A stretch of DNA of 64,000 nt from Nanobdellota archaeon (lineage in GTDB: Archaea > Nanobdellota > Nanobdellia > Parvarchaeales > Parvarchaeaceae): contig JAKAPM010000002.1 of assembly GCA_021807085.1 (NCBI GenBank), positions 9,125-73,124 on the forward strand, read 5' to 3'. A program made the position numbers and the translations under genes. This document shows, in pieces, positions 19,612-28,984 of the stretch (position 1 is the first letter of the stretch; each line of letters starts with the position of its first letter). The notes beneath the pieces are model-generated. The model saw only the letters and a program-made list of their open reading frames with translations, did not search any database and was not told the DNA's origin.

Positions 19612-19863
19612 TCACTTCCTGATGAGTGTGTAATACTTTTTGCGGGCGGTCTCGCCCCAGCTGAACCTCCCGTTTTCGGTGGATTCCTCCACCGCCAGCC
19701 TGCCCTCTTCCACACCCATACGCAGGTAGTGATATACTAGCCTTGCGCTCAGGTGGTGGTATCTGCCCTTTATGCTCTTGTATATATCATAGCCGGTCAG
19801 CCTCTTCCCCTCCAGCGTCGCAAGTATGTTGTTGTACAATTCAGCGTTTATCTTCTTTGCCAT
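19612..19863 (-). CDS. Winged-helix (PadR-like) protein
   Basis: LTGYDIYK..SARLVYHYL..G...RKKYYTL; ATG 19863 preferred. Confidence 0.75.
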   Translation of the reverse strand: MAKKINAELYNNILATLEGKRLTGYDIYKSIKGRYHHLSARLVYHYLRMGVEEGRLAVEESTENGRFSWGETARKKYYTLIRK

Positions 19864-19864
19864 A

Positions 19865-20392
19865 TCAACCGCACTGCGGGGCGCTGCTATTGATGGACAG
19901 ACATATGTACCGCAGTATCTCGTTATCCGCGGCTGTCGCGTTTGTGAATCCACCTATCTTGTAATATTCCCCATTGAACACTATCAACGGGACCCTTCCC
20001 TGGGACAGCTGGTCGAACAGATTCATTGCGGACAGAGGGGCGTCGACCGAAGACGCGTTTTGGTTGTAAGCGCTGACGTTGAACTTCCACGCGCAGAAAT
20101 ATCCGCTGTAGAACCTGTCTCCAGTCCACAGGCCAAAAAGGGAGGTGGTATTCACGAACGACCCTATCTCGGTGTACGTGGAGGTTGTGTTGGGTCCGTA
20201 GAACAGAACCACGGAAGGCTCGCCGCCGTTGCACAGATACGATACGTTGATGTCTGCCGAGTGGAAAGCGTAGAGCGAATCGAAATAGTCCACCCTATCC
20301 ACCAGAAAAACAGTGACAACGACGATGAACACGGCGAACGCGGCGTAGGCGTACATCAGTTTTCTGCCCCTAACCGACGTAGAACGACGCAT
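19865..20392 (-). CDS. Membrane-anchored protein, possible thioredoxin-like fold without CxxC
   Basis: TM helix; GEPSVVLFYG and GRVPLIVFNGEY (cis-Pro-like) motifs; C-terminal Cys pair. Confidence 0.6.
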   Translation of the reverse strand: MRRSTSVRGRKLMYAYAAFAVFIVVVTVFLVDRVDYFDSLYAFHSADINVSYLCNGGEPSVVLFYGPNTTSTYTEIGSFVNTTSLFGLWTGDRFYSGYFCAWKFNVSAYNQNASSVDAPLSAMNLFDQLSQGRVPLIVFNGEYYKIGGFTNATAADNEILRYICLSINSSAPQCG

Positions 20393-21260
20393 TTATAGCC
20401 TCCATCTCAGAACTGTTGCACGTATTGGTGGCGGTGACGGAACATATGTTGGTAACGTCCGCGCCAAGGCCGGAATACAGTGATGCATACACAGGATTTA
20501 GAAAAGCGCTCTCGTTCGTCACTATGTTGAATATATGAGCCGGCGAATCGCATGCTGTGGCGTTCAGGAGATGAAAGGTCCTGAACGTGAAGGGCCCGTA
20601 GAAGGACACATCGTTGGACACCACACTGCCATTGCCGAAGAGCATAGTATTCTGCCCCAGTTCCTTAAGGGATAAAATAGTGCCGATCATATTGGTCTCG
20701 TTGCCGAACTTCGTGGAGTTGACCAGTCTTGCATCGTATACCACAGGCGCAGCGCTGGGGAGACTGCTAAGGTTCGAAGCCAACAGCTCGCTGTAGAGGG
20801 AGTAGACCTCGAACGCGGTCTGGTTGTACATCTCTTCTATGTCGCTGGCGTTCAGCGTGGATATCAGTACAGACAGGTTGTCCCTGGCCCGTGCGCAGAT
20901 GCTTATATTGGCCACCTCGCACATCGACAGCAGGCCAGTGTCCTTGACGATGGAGGCATACTCGCTGCCGCTCGGTGTGCCGAAATATTGGGAGGGCAGC
21001 TGCGGAAACGCGGGAACTATCACGTAGTTGCAGCCGAACACGATGGAATTATTGACCTGGCTGCCGTAGAAGGCGTTCACCGAGGTTATGTTGGGTATGG
21101 AATATTCGCCAACGAATAGACTCTGCGCCAGCCTGTTCGCGTCCTGCTGGACCAGCAGACCGGACTTGTAGCTGTAGTTCACGTACATGAATGCTACTGC
21201 GACGGCAAGAAAGACCGCTACGGCGAACAGTGCAATCGTCAGGCTATTTATCTTTGCCAT
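20370..21260 (-). CDS. Secreted/membrane-anchored hypothetical protein
   Basis: N-terminal hydrophobic helix, Asn/Ser-rich, several Cys. Confidence 0.75.
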   Translation of the reverse strand: MAKINSLTIALFAVAVFLAVAVAFMYVNYSYKSGLLVQQDANRLAQSLFVGEYSIPNITSVNAFYGSQVNNSIVFGCNYVIVPAFPQLPSQYFGTPSGSEYASIVKDTGLLSMCEVANISICARARDNLSVLISTLNASDIEEMYNQTAFEVYSLYSELLASNLSSLPSAAPVVYDARLVNSTKFGNETNMIGTILSLKELGQNTMLFGNGSVVSNDVSFYGPFTFRTFHLLNATACDSPAHIFNIVTNESAFLNPVYASLYSGLGADVTNICSVTATNTCNSSEMEAINASFYVG

Positions 21261-22050
21261 CGGAAAGTTTCCCCATAAACTCCTTGGCCAGAATCTCCGG
21301 TACCACGCCTATTTCGTTTATCCCAAGGAGTTCGAACACGTCCACAAGCCTGTTGTGCACTTCCACGTGAAAATGGCCGTCGCCGTACTCGAGCAGCGCG
21401 ATGGTGGTGTCCCCGCCCCCGATGTGCGCAACGACTTTCTTCAGAGTATCGGCCAAATCGAAAAGAGTCACCGGATCCAGATCCACTATCGAGGCGTGGC
21501 GCACCGGAGCTATGTTGACCTGCACATCCGAGACCGGGGCGAATGGAACGTACGCTGATATGGTCTCGGTGCGGTGAATCTCCCTGTTGCCGACCTTCTT
21601 CACGTAATCGCACTGGAAACAGTTCCTCTCTCCAGATTTTGGTATCGGCAGGGCCACCAGGTCGAAGACCCCGTGGCCACCGCTGTGCCTAGCGGCGCAT
21701 ATGTTTCCGCCTATGCCGTAACCTAGCACGTCCCTGACCCTGTTGCCCAGTATACTGAAAAGCTGCTCCACGTCCTCTATCGAGTATTCCTTAAACCTGT
21801 CCCCGTGCCCGGCTTGGTCCACTATTATCTCTTCGTAGCCGTGCGCGGCAGAGGACTTGAAGAACTGCCCCTCCAGCGCGTATTTTGACGGCTGGACCGC
21901 GTTCTTAAGCTCGTAAACCCTGGCGTAGTCTTTCTTGAAAGGGAAGGAGACGATGCTCTCTGATTTATTGGAACAGGCTGGGCATCCCTTCTCGGATTTG
22001 GCCACTATGCTGAATCCAAGCGTCTCCGGATTAAGCCTGAACTCCCCCAT
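21244..22050 (-). CDS. Degenerate GalT-like protein, paralog 2
   Basis: CPAC, GYEEIIVD..H, YVPFAP, PVRH and HFHVEV align with the GalT paralogs; HxHxQ absent. Confidence 0.65.
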   Translation of the reverse strand: MGEFRLNPETLGFSIVAKSEKGCPACSNKSESIVSFPFKKDYARVYELKNAVQPSKYALEGQFFKSSAAHGYEEIIVDQAGHGDRFKEYSIEDVEQLFSILGNRVRDVLGYGIGGNICAARHSGGHGVFDLVALPIPKSGERNCFQCDYVKKVGNREIHRTETISAYVPFAPVSDVQVNIAPVRHASIVDLDPVTLFDLADTLKKVVAHIGGGDTTIALLEYGDGHFHVEVHNRLVDVFELLGINEIGVVPEILAKEFMGKLSDGKDK

Positions 22051-22051
22051 A

Positions 22052-23632
22052 CTAACCCTCCAGCGCGCCGACTATCCTGGCGAAGGCCGGCCTGGTTATC
22101 AGCAGCCCTATCAGGGATGCGAGTATGGTGGTTATCGCGAACCCGGAGAACAGGGACGCGGTAGAGAAAAGAAGCGGGAACATTATCGCAGCGAACGAGA
22201 AGAACGATACAAATATTATGAAGAACGCCCTGCTTATCCTCTTCTTGGTCACCGTGTACTCCGCCTGCGCGGATCCCCTGCGTATTTCGTCGGTTATTAT
22301 TATCTGGTCGTCGACGGATATCCCTATGCTGGCGATTATACCGGCCATGCTCGGTATGTCCAGGGTCCAGTGTATCGCCGCTGCTACGCCTATGACTATG
22401 AATATCTCCGCTATGCTGGTCATGAGTATAAGCGAGGACACCCTGTAATCCATGTACCTCAGGAATATCACTATGCTTACTACCACGAAAGCGACCAGGA
22501 GTAGTATGTATATCTGGCTCAGGAACTGCGAACCGCTTGCGGGGGATATTGAGTTTATTGAGATTATCTTTACCGGCACTGGGAGGCTGCCGCTCTGGAA
22601 GACGGCCTGCAGCGTCTTCATGTCGAACAGAGACTGCTGGGCGTTCGTGCCGCCGCCCTGTATCTGTATCGCGCCGTTGAAGTTGCTGAGTATGCCGACG
22701 GATATAAGGAGGGGCGAACCCTGCTGCTTCCCGTTCAGGTAAAGATATATGGATTCGTTGTAGTAGCCTGGGTTGGCTGTGGATGTCTTAAGGCTGCCGA
22801 CCGCGTTCTGGAAGTTTATAGCCGCCTGGCTTGCAAGCTGTATGCCGAACTGGAACTGGTAGTTGTTTGACGCAGAAGGGGTCTGGTACTGCCCGTACGG
22901 ACAGCCGGAGGAGAGGCACACGTGCAGTATGCTCTCGTTTTTTACGCTGCTGTTGAAGACGGTCTTGTTGCCTATAGTCGCGTAGAAACTTCCCTGGTTC
23001 TGGATGAGGGACAGCGCCTGGCTCTCGCCTATGCTCGGCATGCTTATCTGTATAAACGGCAATCCCGACAGGGTGTTAACCTGCGTTACAGAAACCCCGC
23101 TTATCCCGTATACGTCTAGCCTCTTGGATATTACCTGTTCCAGGTCGCTCACTACCGATGAGTTGTAGCTGGTGCTGTTGGGCGCGACGGATATCTGCGT
23201 TCCTCCGACTATGTCGAGACCGTAGTTGAGGTGTGTCGAGGGTATACCCTCCACCTGTATAGTGCTGGAATTGAAGACCGCGCCGGGTATGACCAGGACG
23301 GTAGCCGTATGCTGTTCGTAAATGTACGGGAACACTTCCTGTTCGTAGCCTATGGATAGGGTGCCGTTTACCACCGCCGTCCGGTTAAGGACCGAGTAGA
23401 ACTGCTGCACTGATGTCACAGGTACAGAATTCAGCGAGGTTATTATCGAGCCAGCGGAGAGACCCACCACCCCCCTCGCGCTGAGATTGCCTATGTACGA
23501 ATTTACGGGCATGTAGAGCACCTGCACCCCGCTTATGCCGGTCAGGTTCGGCTGCACGGCTAGAAAGGCGAATACGACGGCGATTATAAGGACGATGACC
23601 CTCCAGTCCTTGAATATCTTTTTTACGGCCAT
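22052..23632 (-). CDS. secD: Protein translocase subunit SecD
   Basis: GLDIVGG, SGSLP and GISVDDQIIITDE motifs. Confidence 0.93.
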   Translation of the reverse strand: MAVKKIFKDWRVIVLIIAVVFAFLAVQPNLTGISGVQVLYMPVNSYIGNLSARGVVGLSAGSIITSLNSVPVTSVQQFYSVLNRTAVVNGTLSIGYEQEVFPYIYEQHTATVLVIPGAVFNSSTIQVEGIPSTHLNYGLDIVGGTQISVAPNSTSYNSSVVSDLEQVISKRLDVYGISGVSVTQVNTLSGLPFIQISMPSIGESQALSLIQNQGSFYATIGNKTVFNSSVKNESILHVCLSSGCPYGQYQTPSASNNYQFQFGIQLASQAAINFQNAVGSLKTSTANPGYYNESIYLYLNGKQQGSPLLISVGILSNFNGAIQIQGGGTNAQQSLFDMKTLQAVFQSGSLPVPVKIISINSISPASGSQFLSQIYILLLVAFVVVSIVIFLRYMDYRVSSLILMTSIAEIFIVIGVAAAIHWTLDIPSMAGIIASIGISVDDQIIITDEIRRGSAQAEYTVTKKRISRAFFIIFVSFFSFAAIMFPLLFSTASLFSGFAITTILASLIGLLITRPAFARIVGALEG

Positions 23633-23634
23633 GC

Positions 23635-24555
23635 TCAGGAATTCGCCTCCTTATACTTAAGCCCGAAGAGCTGGGTGGATCCGTTCAGTATCCATACCGT
23701 GAAATCGTCGAATATCACGCCCACTATAAGTATTATGGCTATACTGTGTATCGTGGAATTAGAAGTGCCGAAGAACAGGACCAGGAAGGTGGCGAGGGCT
23801 GCAGCGTCCATGGTCAGCGAAGTCTTTATCGTGTGTACCAGCCTGTATTTCATGGTAGCCTCCTTCCTCTTCAGGATGTTGGTGGCGAGTATTATGTTCC
23901 TGTCGGCGGAATAGCCCATTATCATCAGTATACCTGCTATCGACGCGGTGGAGAAGCTGAAACCGATTATGTCGAGGACACCTATTATGTTTATTATGTC
24001 GCTTATTATGCTGACCACGTTGGAGAAGGCCTGCCACGCGTTCCTGAAGTAGAACAACGAGACAAGCGCGACTAGCACGAAGGCCACTCCGAGCAGTATG
24101 AAGGAGCTGTACAGCTGGTTCTGCGCAAGGCTGGCGCTTATGAACGTAACGCTCGAATCGCTGCTGTTTATTGGTATCCCGAGGGCGGACGAAACTGCGT
24201 CCTGCAGGTCGGTTTCGTTGACTGTGCTGAGGGTGGTTATGGAGTACCCGGATATAGTGTTGGAGAACGGTGTACGCACCACCGTCACGGTCACGGGCGC
24301 GCTGATGGAGCTGCTGACAAGGCTGGAGACCTGCTCCGGGTTCACGGATATGTGCGTGTTGACGCTGAGCGATGTACCGCCGGCTAGGGATATATCCTCT
24401 TTGAAGAACTGCCCGTGTGTGTAATAATAATAGCCTATGAAGGCGCTGAAGAAGACTATGAAAGCTATCGGCAGGAATACCATCTTCTTGTAGTTCCTTA
24501 CGTAGTATTCTACGATTCTGTCTATGGCCGCGCTTATGTCCCCCCTTATACCCAT
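23635..24555 (-). CDS. secF: Protein translocase subunit SecF
   Basis: DISLAGG and MGYSAD motifs; adjacent to secD. Confidence 0.92.
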   Translation of the reverse strand: MGIRGDISAAIDRIVEYYVRNYKKMVFLPIAFIVFFSAFIGYYYYTHGQFFKEDISLAGGTSLSVNTHISVNPEQVSSLVSSSISAPVTVTVVRTPFSNTISGYSITTLSTVNETDLQDAVSSALGIPINSSDSSVTFISASLAQNQLYSSFILLGVAFVLVALVSLFYFRNAWQAFSNVVSIISDIINIIGVLDIIGFSFSTASIAGILMIMGYSADRNIILATNILKRKEATMKYRLVHTIKTSLTMDAAALATFLVLFFGTSNSTIHSIAIILIVGVIFDDFTVWILNGSTQLFGLKYKEANS

Positions 24556-24614
24556 AAATATAGATTATATACAAACCTTGTTCTATAAATAATCTAACTA
24601 TCAGAAATGACCGC

Positions 24615-25361
24615 TTAAATAGGTTTTTTGCCGCCGGATTTCATCGGCACGGACAGGTATATGGAATCCAGGTCCATGCTGCCGAACTCTGAACGGAGCG
24701 AATATAGGGTCCTCTCCATAGGGGATACCCACGCCGATTTCATGGATTCGTTGTAGTTTGTCAGCAGCGTTTTGTCGTCCGCGTTCCTGCAGTAGTCGAA
24801 AAGGTTGCCCGTGACCACGTAGAGATTGTGCACATTCGCGCCGTCTATCGACAATCCTGAGAGCTGGTTTCTCGCGATTTCTATGGAATCGTCGAGGTAA
24901 GGCTGCTGCATGTACCTCCCGTCTATCGCCACGGAAAAACGCACCTCGTCCACGCCGCTCAGGTGGGTGTAGAGGTGGCTGTGTTTCCTGCGCCCGTGGA
25001 ACTTGGAATCGTCGTAGCTGAGTATACCGCCGACTATCTCGCCCTTTTTCATTATGTTCTTGACCCTTCGCCTTATGTTGGATACGTGTATGGTCTCCAC
25101 CTCGACTATCTCGTATATGGACCTGCCGTTCTCCACATACTTCAACACAAGGTCCGCAGCCCACCTGGCTTCTGAGCTCTTGGTGCTGTTTTTACCCGGT
25201 TTCTCCGCATACGGCAGGTAGAATTCGCCCCTTGCGAAGTATATATCGTGCTTGTTCCCTAGGTAGGAAAAGGTGGAAAACTGCATCATTTTGTGGTATA
25301 TCATAGGGGTGCCCTTCACAAGATCCCCTATCAAAATGGAATCCAACCCGTCGGATTTCAT
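24615..25361 (-). CDS. Hypothetical protein, possible PD-(D/E)xK-like fold
   Basis: ADLVL...IVEVET pattern. Confidence 0.6.
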   Translation of the reverse strand: MKSDGLDSILIGDLVKGTPMIYHKMMQFSTFSYLGNKHDIYFARGEFYLPYAEKPGKNSTKSSEARWAADLVLKYVENGRSIYEIVEVETIHVSNIRRRVKNIMKKGEIVGGILSYDDSKFHGRRKHSHLYTHLSGVDEVRFSVAIDGRYMQQPYLDDSIEIARNQLSGLSIDGANVHNLYVVTGNLFDYCRNADDKTLLTNYNESMKSAWVSPMERTLYSLRSEFGSMDLDSIYLSVPMKSGGKKPI

Positions 25362-25412
25362 AGTTATTTAAGATGCGGTATAGTATAAAATGGTATCGGG
25401 CTTAGAAATGTT

Positions 25413-26075
25413 ATGAGGGCGCAGTTTTCCTTCGAATTCGTCGTAGATGTAGCCCTTGCACTGGTCATCATAGGGTTCATAGTGGCCTTCTTTTCCTCCA
25501 TAACCACTAACAATACAGCCGCAGGGGATATGAACGGGATATGCAGTCTAATAGCCGATTCTGTGAACTCGGTCGTGAATTCCGGCGGCCTGTCCGCAAC
25601 GGTTTACCTTCCGCTGCAGAATATGACCGCAGCGGCTAATTACACGATAAACGTCTCAAACGGGGTCATAATAGTATACGCTTACTTCAACAAGAAGATA
25701 CCCGCGAAGTTCCTGTCCGGGACAAACGTCGTATCCTGCGGAGCCAACACCCGCGCCACGGCCAACGAATCGTTCGAACCTGCCAACCTGGTGCTGTACG
25801 CCAACTACAGCGACGTGGCTATAGGGTACGTGTACGCCAACTACAGCGCCAACTATTACCCATACTTCGTCTACGTCGGCGGATTCTACGGGAAGGCTAC
25901 TCTATACCTCCAGTATTCGAACGGCACCCTGCTGAAGCTTATGGACGCCACTTCCCCCTATATATACAACGCCAACGTAGGCCTTCCGATACTGACTACG
26001 GGCGAGTACACGCTGCTTGTGGAGGCGGACAACAACACAGCTCTGAGTGCCAGTCAGAGTTTCACGCTCGCTTAA
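25413..26075 (+). CDS. Class III signal peptide (minor pilin-like) protein
   Basis: MRA/QFSFEFVVDVALALVIIGFIVAFF. Confidence 0.82.
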   Translation: MRAQFSFEFVVDVALALVIIGFIVAFFSSITTNNTAAGDMNGICSLIADSVNSVVNSGGLSATVYLPLQNMTAAANYTINVSNGVIIVYAYFNKKIPAKFLSGTNVVSCGANTRATANESFEPANLVLYANYSDVAIGYVYANYSANYYPYFVYVGGFYGKATLYLQYSNGTLLKLMDATSPYIYNANVGLPILTTGEYTLLVEADNNTALSASQSFTLA

Positions 26076-26126
26076 GGCATTTTCGGGTAAAAGTATACTT
26101 AAATAGAACAAAAAGGTTAATAGAAT

Positions 26127-26603
26127 ATGGTAAAAAGAGCACAGTCGGCTTTGGAGTACATGATGACGTATGGTTGGGCCATACTAATCATAGTAATCGT
26201 AGCTGCTGTCCTGTACTCGATGGGCATATTCAACCCTTCGAGCAGCGTAACCACGTCGTCGAGCGGCTTCAGCCCGTTCACCGTCAGCGCGGCGCTTTGC
26301 AACAGCTCAGGTACATGGGTATCTTTCGTTGTAGGCGGTTATCCTAACGGTGCACAGAGCGCGACCAGCGTGACCCTGACCCTCACCGCGACAAGCGGCG
26401 CGAGCGGCAGCGGCACTGCAACTGCAATCGGATCGCCGACATACACGTCTGGCACAAGCTTCAAAATGACAGCTGCTGGCGTAACATGCGCGACAGCCGG
26501 AGGAAAGTTCTCCGAGAGTGGTTCGATAGGTTACTCGGTAACCACGACACTAGGTGCGCAGTCTTACACAACGACGGGTACGGTAGCAGGATCAGCTAGT
26601 TAA
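26127..26603 (+). CDS. Archaeal type IV pilin (candidate major pilin)
   Basis: MVKRA/QSALEYMMTYGWAILIIVIV; S/T/G-rich domain; own TATA-like promoter and T-rich terminator. Confidence 0.88.
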   Translation: MVKRAQSALEYMMTYGWAILIIVIVAAVLYSMGIFNPSSSVTTSSSGFSPFTVSAALCNSSGTWVSFVVGGYPNGAQSATSVTLTLTATSGASGSGTATAIGSPTYTSGTSFKMTAAGVTCATAGGKFSESGSIGYSVTTTLGAQSYTTTGTVAGSAS

Positions 26604-26607
26604 ACGA

Positions 26608-26638
26608 TTTTTGAATTTTTTATTTTTTTAAATTTTTT
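26608..26638 (+). terminator. Oligo-T archaeal terminator after the pilin gene
   Basis: Four consecutive T5-7 tracts directly after the stop codon. Confidence 0.65.
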
Positions 26639-26791
26639 AAAAACTGGAAAGGGAAAATCCAGCCCTTCCGTATTTTTCGTCCCCTAACTCCTTTTTCTGC
26701 TTTTTTCCAGGCAGTATCACTGACGGCCGAAGAAGAGCGCCACGCCGGAATAATAAGCTTGGTATCTAGAAGTGAACAGATTTTAAATATT

Positions 26792-26938
26792 ATGGTAAAC
26801 AGAATATGCTGGTTTTGCGGGAGTGAGTTCGGCAGTGGCGCAAGCTACTCTCCTGTTTTTATCGTATTGTTTGGAATAATCATAACATTGGTTGTTCGTT
26901 CATTCCTATCCAATAGAAGGGGAAGAAGCGAAGAGTAA
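26792..26938 (+). CDS. 48-aa single-TM peptide with CxxC
   Basis: MVNRICWFCGSEFGSGASYSPVFIVLFGIIITLVVRSFLSNRRGRSEE. Confidence 0.4.
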   Translation: MVNRICWFCGSEFGSGASYSPVFIVLFGIIITLVVRSFLSNRRGRSEE

Positions 26939-27212
26939 AGATAGCAAAAAAGGGGATTAACCTGCATTCCGTAGCGACACTATAGGTTTAAATATCCAGA
27001 TAAGTCTTAAGTAATAAATGAAAACGACAAGATTAGAGGCAGGCGGTCCGATGATATCCGCTTTGGTTCATAGGCTTAATTGAAGATAGCAAGCTGTTAC
27101 TCAGTTTTCTCGAAATGTTTTCAATCTATACTTTCAGTTCTTCTGTAAAGTACGCATTTTCCTGTCCTGTTCTTTCCGGGTTCCCGGAATACAAAACATT
27201 GGGAGGTAAAAA

Positions 27213-27311
27213 ATGGAAAAGGAAATGAAAGAAGGAAGGAAGTATAGCGGGCCCGAAGGCCTGGAGCGGATGCTGAAGAAGAAGGGAGGAGAGGTTCATA
27301 TCAGGAAATAA
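27213..27311 (+). CDS. 32-aa charged peptide with a strong SD
   Basis: GGAGGT at 27202-27207 before the ATG; MEKEMKEGRKYSGPEGLERMLKKKGGEVHIRK. Confidence 0.45.
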   Translation: MEKEMKEGRKYSGPEGLERMLKKKGGEVHIRK

Positions 27312-27930
27312 AATTGATATAATAATAAGAAACTACGAAAACAGGGATTTTGACGGCGTATACGAACTGTACAGAAAGGCGTTTTCCGAGGAGCCGCTGA
27401 AAGAGTACAAGCGGTGCAAACTCTGCGGCGCTGACTACGGCTCAGAGCAGTTTGCGCCGAAGACATGCGGAAAATGCAAAAGTCCGCTAGAAATGGCGGA
27501 TAGCTGGAGCCGCAGAGATACTGCCAGTCTTATCGAGGATGTCGTTTCCAAGGTCTGGAAAATGGCGCTTGTGGCAGAGATAAACGGCGAGCTCGCGGGA
27601 TTCGTATGGGGATACAAAGCCAGCTGTAAACGCGGATCCCTCGAGAGTCTGGACACGCTGTTCATGGGCGATGTGCCAATAGTAACAGCTCCAGGCTTCA
27701 GGGACATCGGAATAGCGACGACCTTAGAGACCACTCTACTGTCGGAAGCCGCGAAAAACGGGATGGAATATGCATGGGTGTGTCCTTACGAGACATACAA
27801 ACCTGTTGTATCTCTGTATGAAAAGCGGGGATTTCGGATAGACAGAGGTGCCTGGACAGACGACAGGAAGGAAGGAATGTACCCTGTGAGGTTGCGCATG
27901 TTAAAACCGCTTAACATGTACGGCCCGTGA
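27298..27930 (+). CDS. GNAT acetyltransferase with a Zn-finger insert (start uncertain, possibly ATA)
   Basis: Frame stays open upstream of ATG 27493 (IIIRNYENRDFDGVYELYRKAF..CKLC..CGKC); acetyl-CoA motif PGFRDIGIAT; LYEKRGF. Confidence 0.78.
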   Translation: MSGNKIDIIIRNYENRDFDGVYELYRKAFSEEPLKEYKRCKLCGADYGSEQFAPKTCGKCKSPLEMADSWSRRDTASLIEDVVSKVWKMALVAEINGELAGFVWGYKASCKRGSLESLDTLFMGDVPIVTAPGFRDIGIATTLETTLLSEAAKNGMEYAWVCPYETYKPVVSLYEKRGFRIDRGAWTDDRKEGMYPVRLRMLKPLNMYGP

Positions 27931-28682
27931 TTATGGAAACAGGTACGGGGGTGGGTAAAGCCACCCCTTCGAGAATAAACGGGCCCTTAGCGCCGACGAA
28001 GAAACCAGGCAGGATACTTCCATTATCCGACAACAAAGAAGTTAGAAAATTCCTTATTGCTGGCGGAAACTCAACCGCATTGGTGTATGGGTGCCCTGCT
28101 GCGTATAGGGGTGGAGCCGCAAAGAAGCTTTTGAAGGAAGTCGAACAGGTGGGTTTCGTTTCCGCGAGAGCGGGACTCCCAAAAATGACGATGATGGGCG
28201 GTGAACTCTGTATCAATGCAACACTAGCATTCGCCTCAACCTTGGACGAAGGAGGGAAACTTGCAGCAAGCGGTCTGAAAGACCTGGTCCGCTACTCAAA
28301 TAAAAACGAAACGGCTACGATCTGGGTCCCATTGGGATTCAAGAAATACGGAAATACCATCTTACTGGAGGGGATAGGATTCATACTCTATGATGTAAAG
28401 GAAAAATCTAAGATAGAAAAGCAGGAGCTTTTATCCTTATCAAAAAAGTATAGACTTCCTGCTTTTGGCGGGATTGTCTATGACGGGAATAGGATAACTC
28501 CCTACGTTTATGTGAAGAAGGTTGACTCTTTCGTTAAAGAAACCGCTTGCGGTTCCGGTAGCATCGCTTTTAGTATTTTCTCCGGGATCGGGAAGGTGAT
28601 CCAACCAACGGGAGAAAAACTCCGCATTAAGAGTAAGAAGAGGTTTTTCGAGGTCTCTGCAAAAGTTAGTGATTATGCATAG
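27927..28682 (+). CDS. PLP-independent amino-acid racemase/epimerase (DapF/CntK histidine-racemase-like)
   Basis: GGNST, EQVGFV, MGGELCINA and ETACGSGS (two catalytic Cys). Confidence 0.82.
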   Translation: MIMETGTGVGKATPSRINGPLAPTKKPGRILPLSDNKEVRKFLIAGGNSTALVYGCPAAYRGGAAKKLLKEVEQVGFVSARAGLPKMTMMGGELCINATLAFASTLDEGGKLAASGLKDLVRYSNKNETATIWVPLGFKKYGNTILLEGIGFILYDVKEKSKIEKQELLSLSKKYRLPAFGGIVYDGNRITPYVYVKKVDSFVKETACGSGSIAFSIFSGIGKVIQPTGEKLRIKSKKRFFEVSAKVSDYA

Positions 28683-28711
28683 AGATTATACGTCATCCCA
28701 AATTTTAGAGT

Positions 28712-28813
28712 TTAATGCCTGTTCTTGGCCAGAAAAGCCATGACAGAATCGTCCTCGTACACTATCCTGGCTTCTGCTGAGTGTGCGGTTATCTTGCAAA
28801 AAATACAATCCAT
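28712..28813 (-). pseudogene. Truncated HIT (Hint) family gene fragment
   Basis: MDCIFCKITAHSAEARIVYEDDSVMAFLAKNRH*, a typical HIT N-terminus that stops before HxHxH. Confidence 0.75.
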
Positions 28814-28984
28814 GTAATTGGTTTACAATTCGCGTATTTAAAATTTAAAAAACCGACAAACAATTTCATTAATGCAGATTTAGTTCGTGGAAAATGTCGG
28901 TGTTACTGGGATAAATTACAATATGGCAAGTCGGCAACGGTTTACTGTTTGTCACAGATAACAGCCTGATAGAAGTTAAGCTGC

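Noticed and set aside
26702-26791. AEEERH ferritin-like motif in frame with the 26792 peptide
   Set aside because: No start codon and no other ferritin features; likely chance
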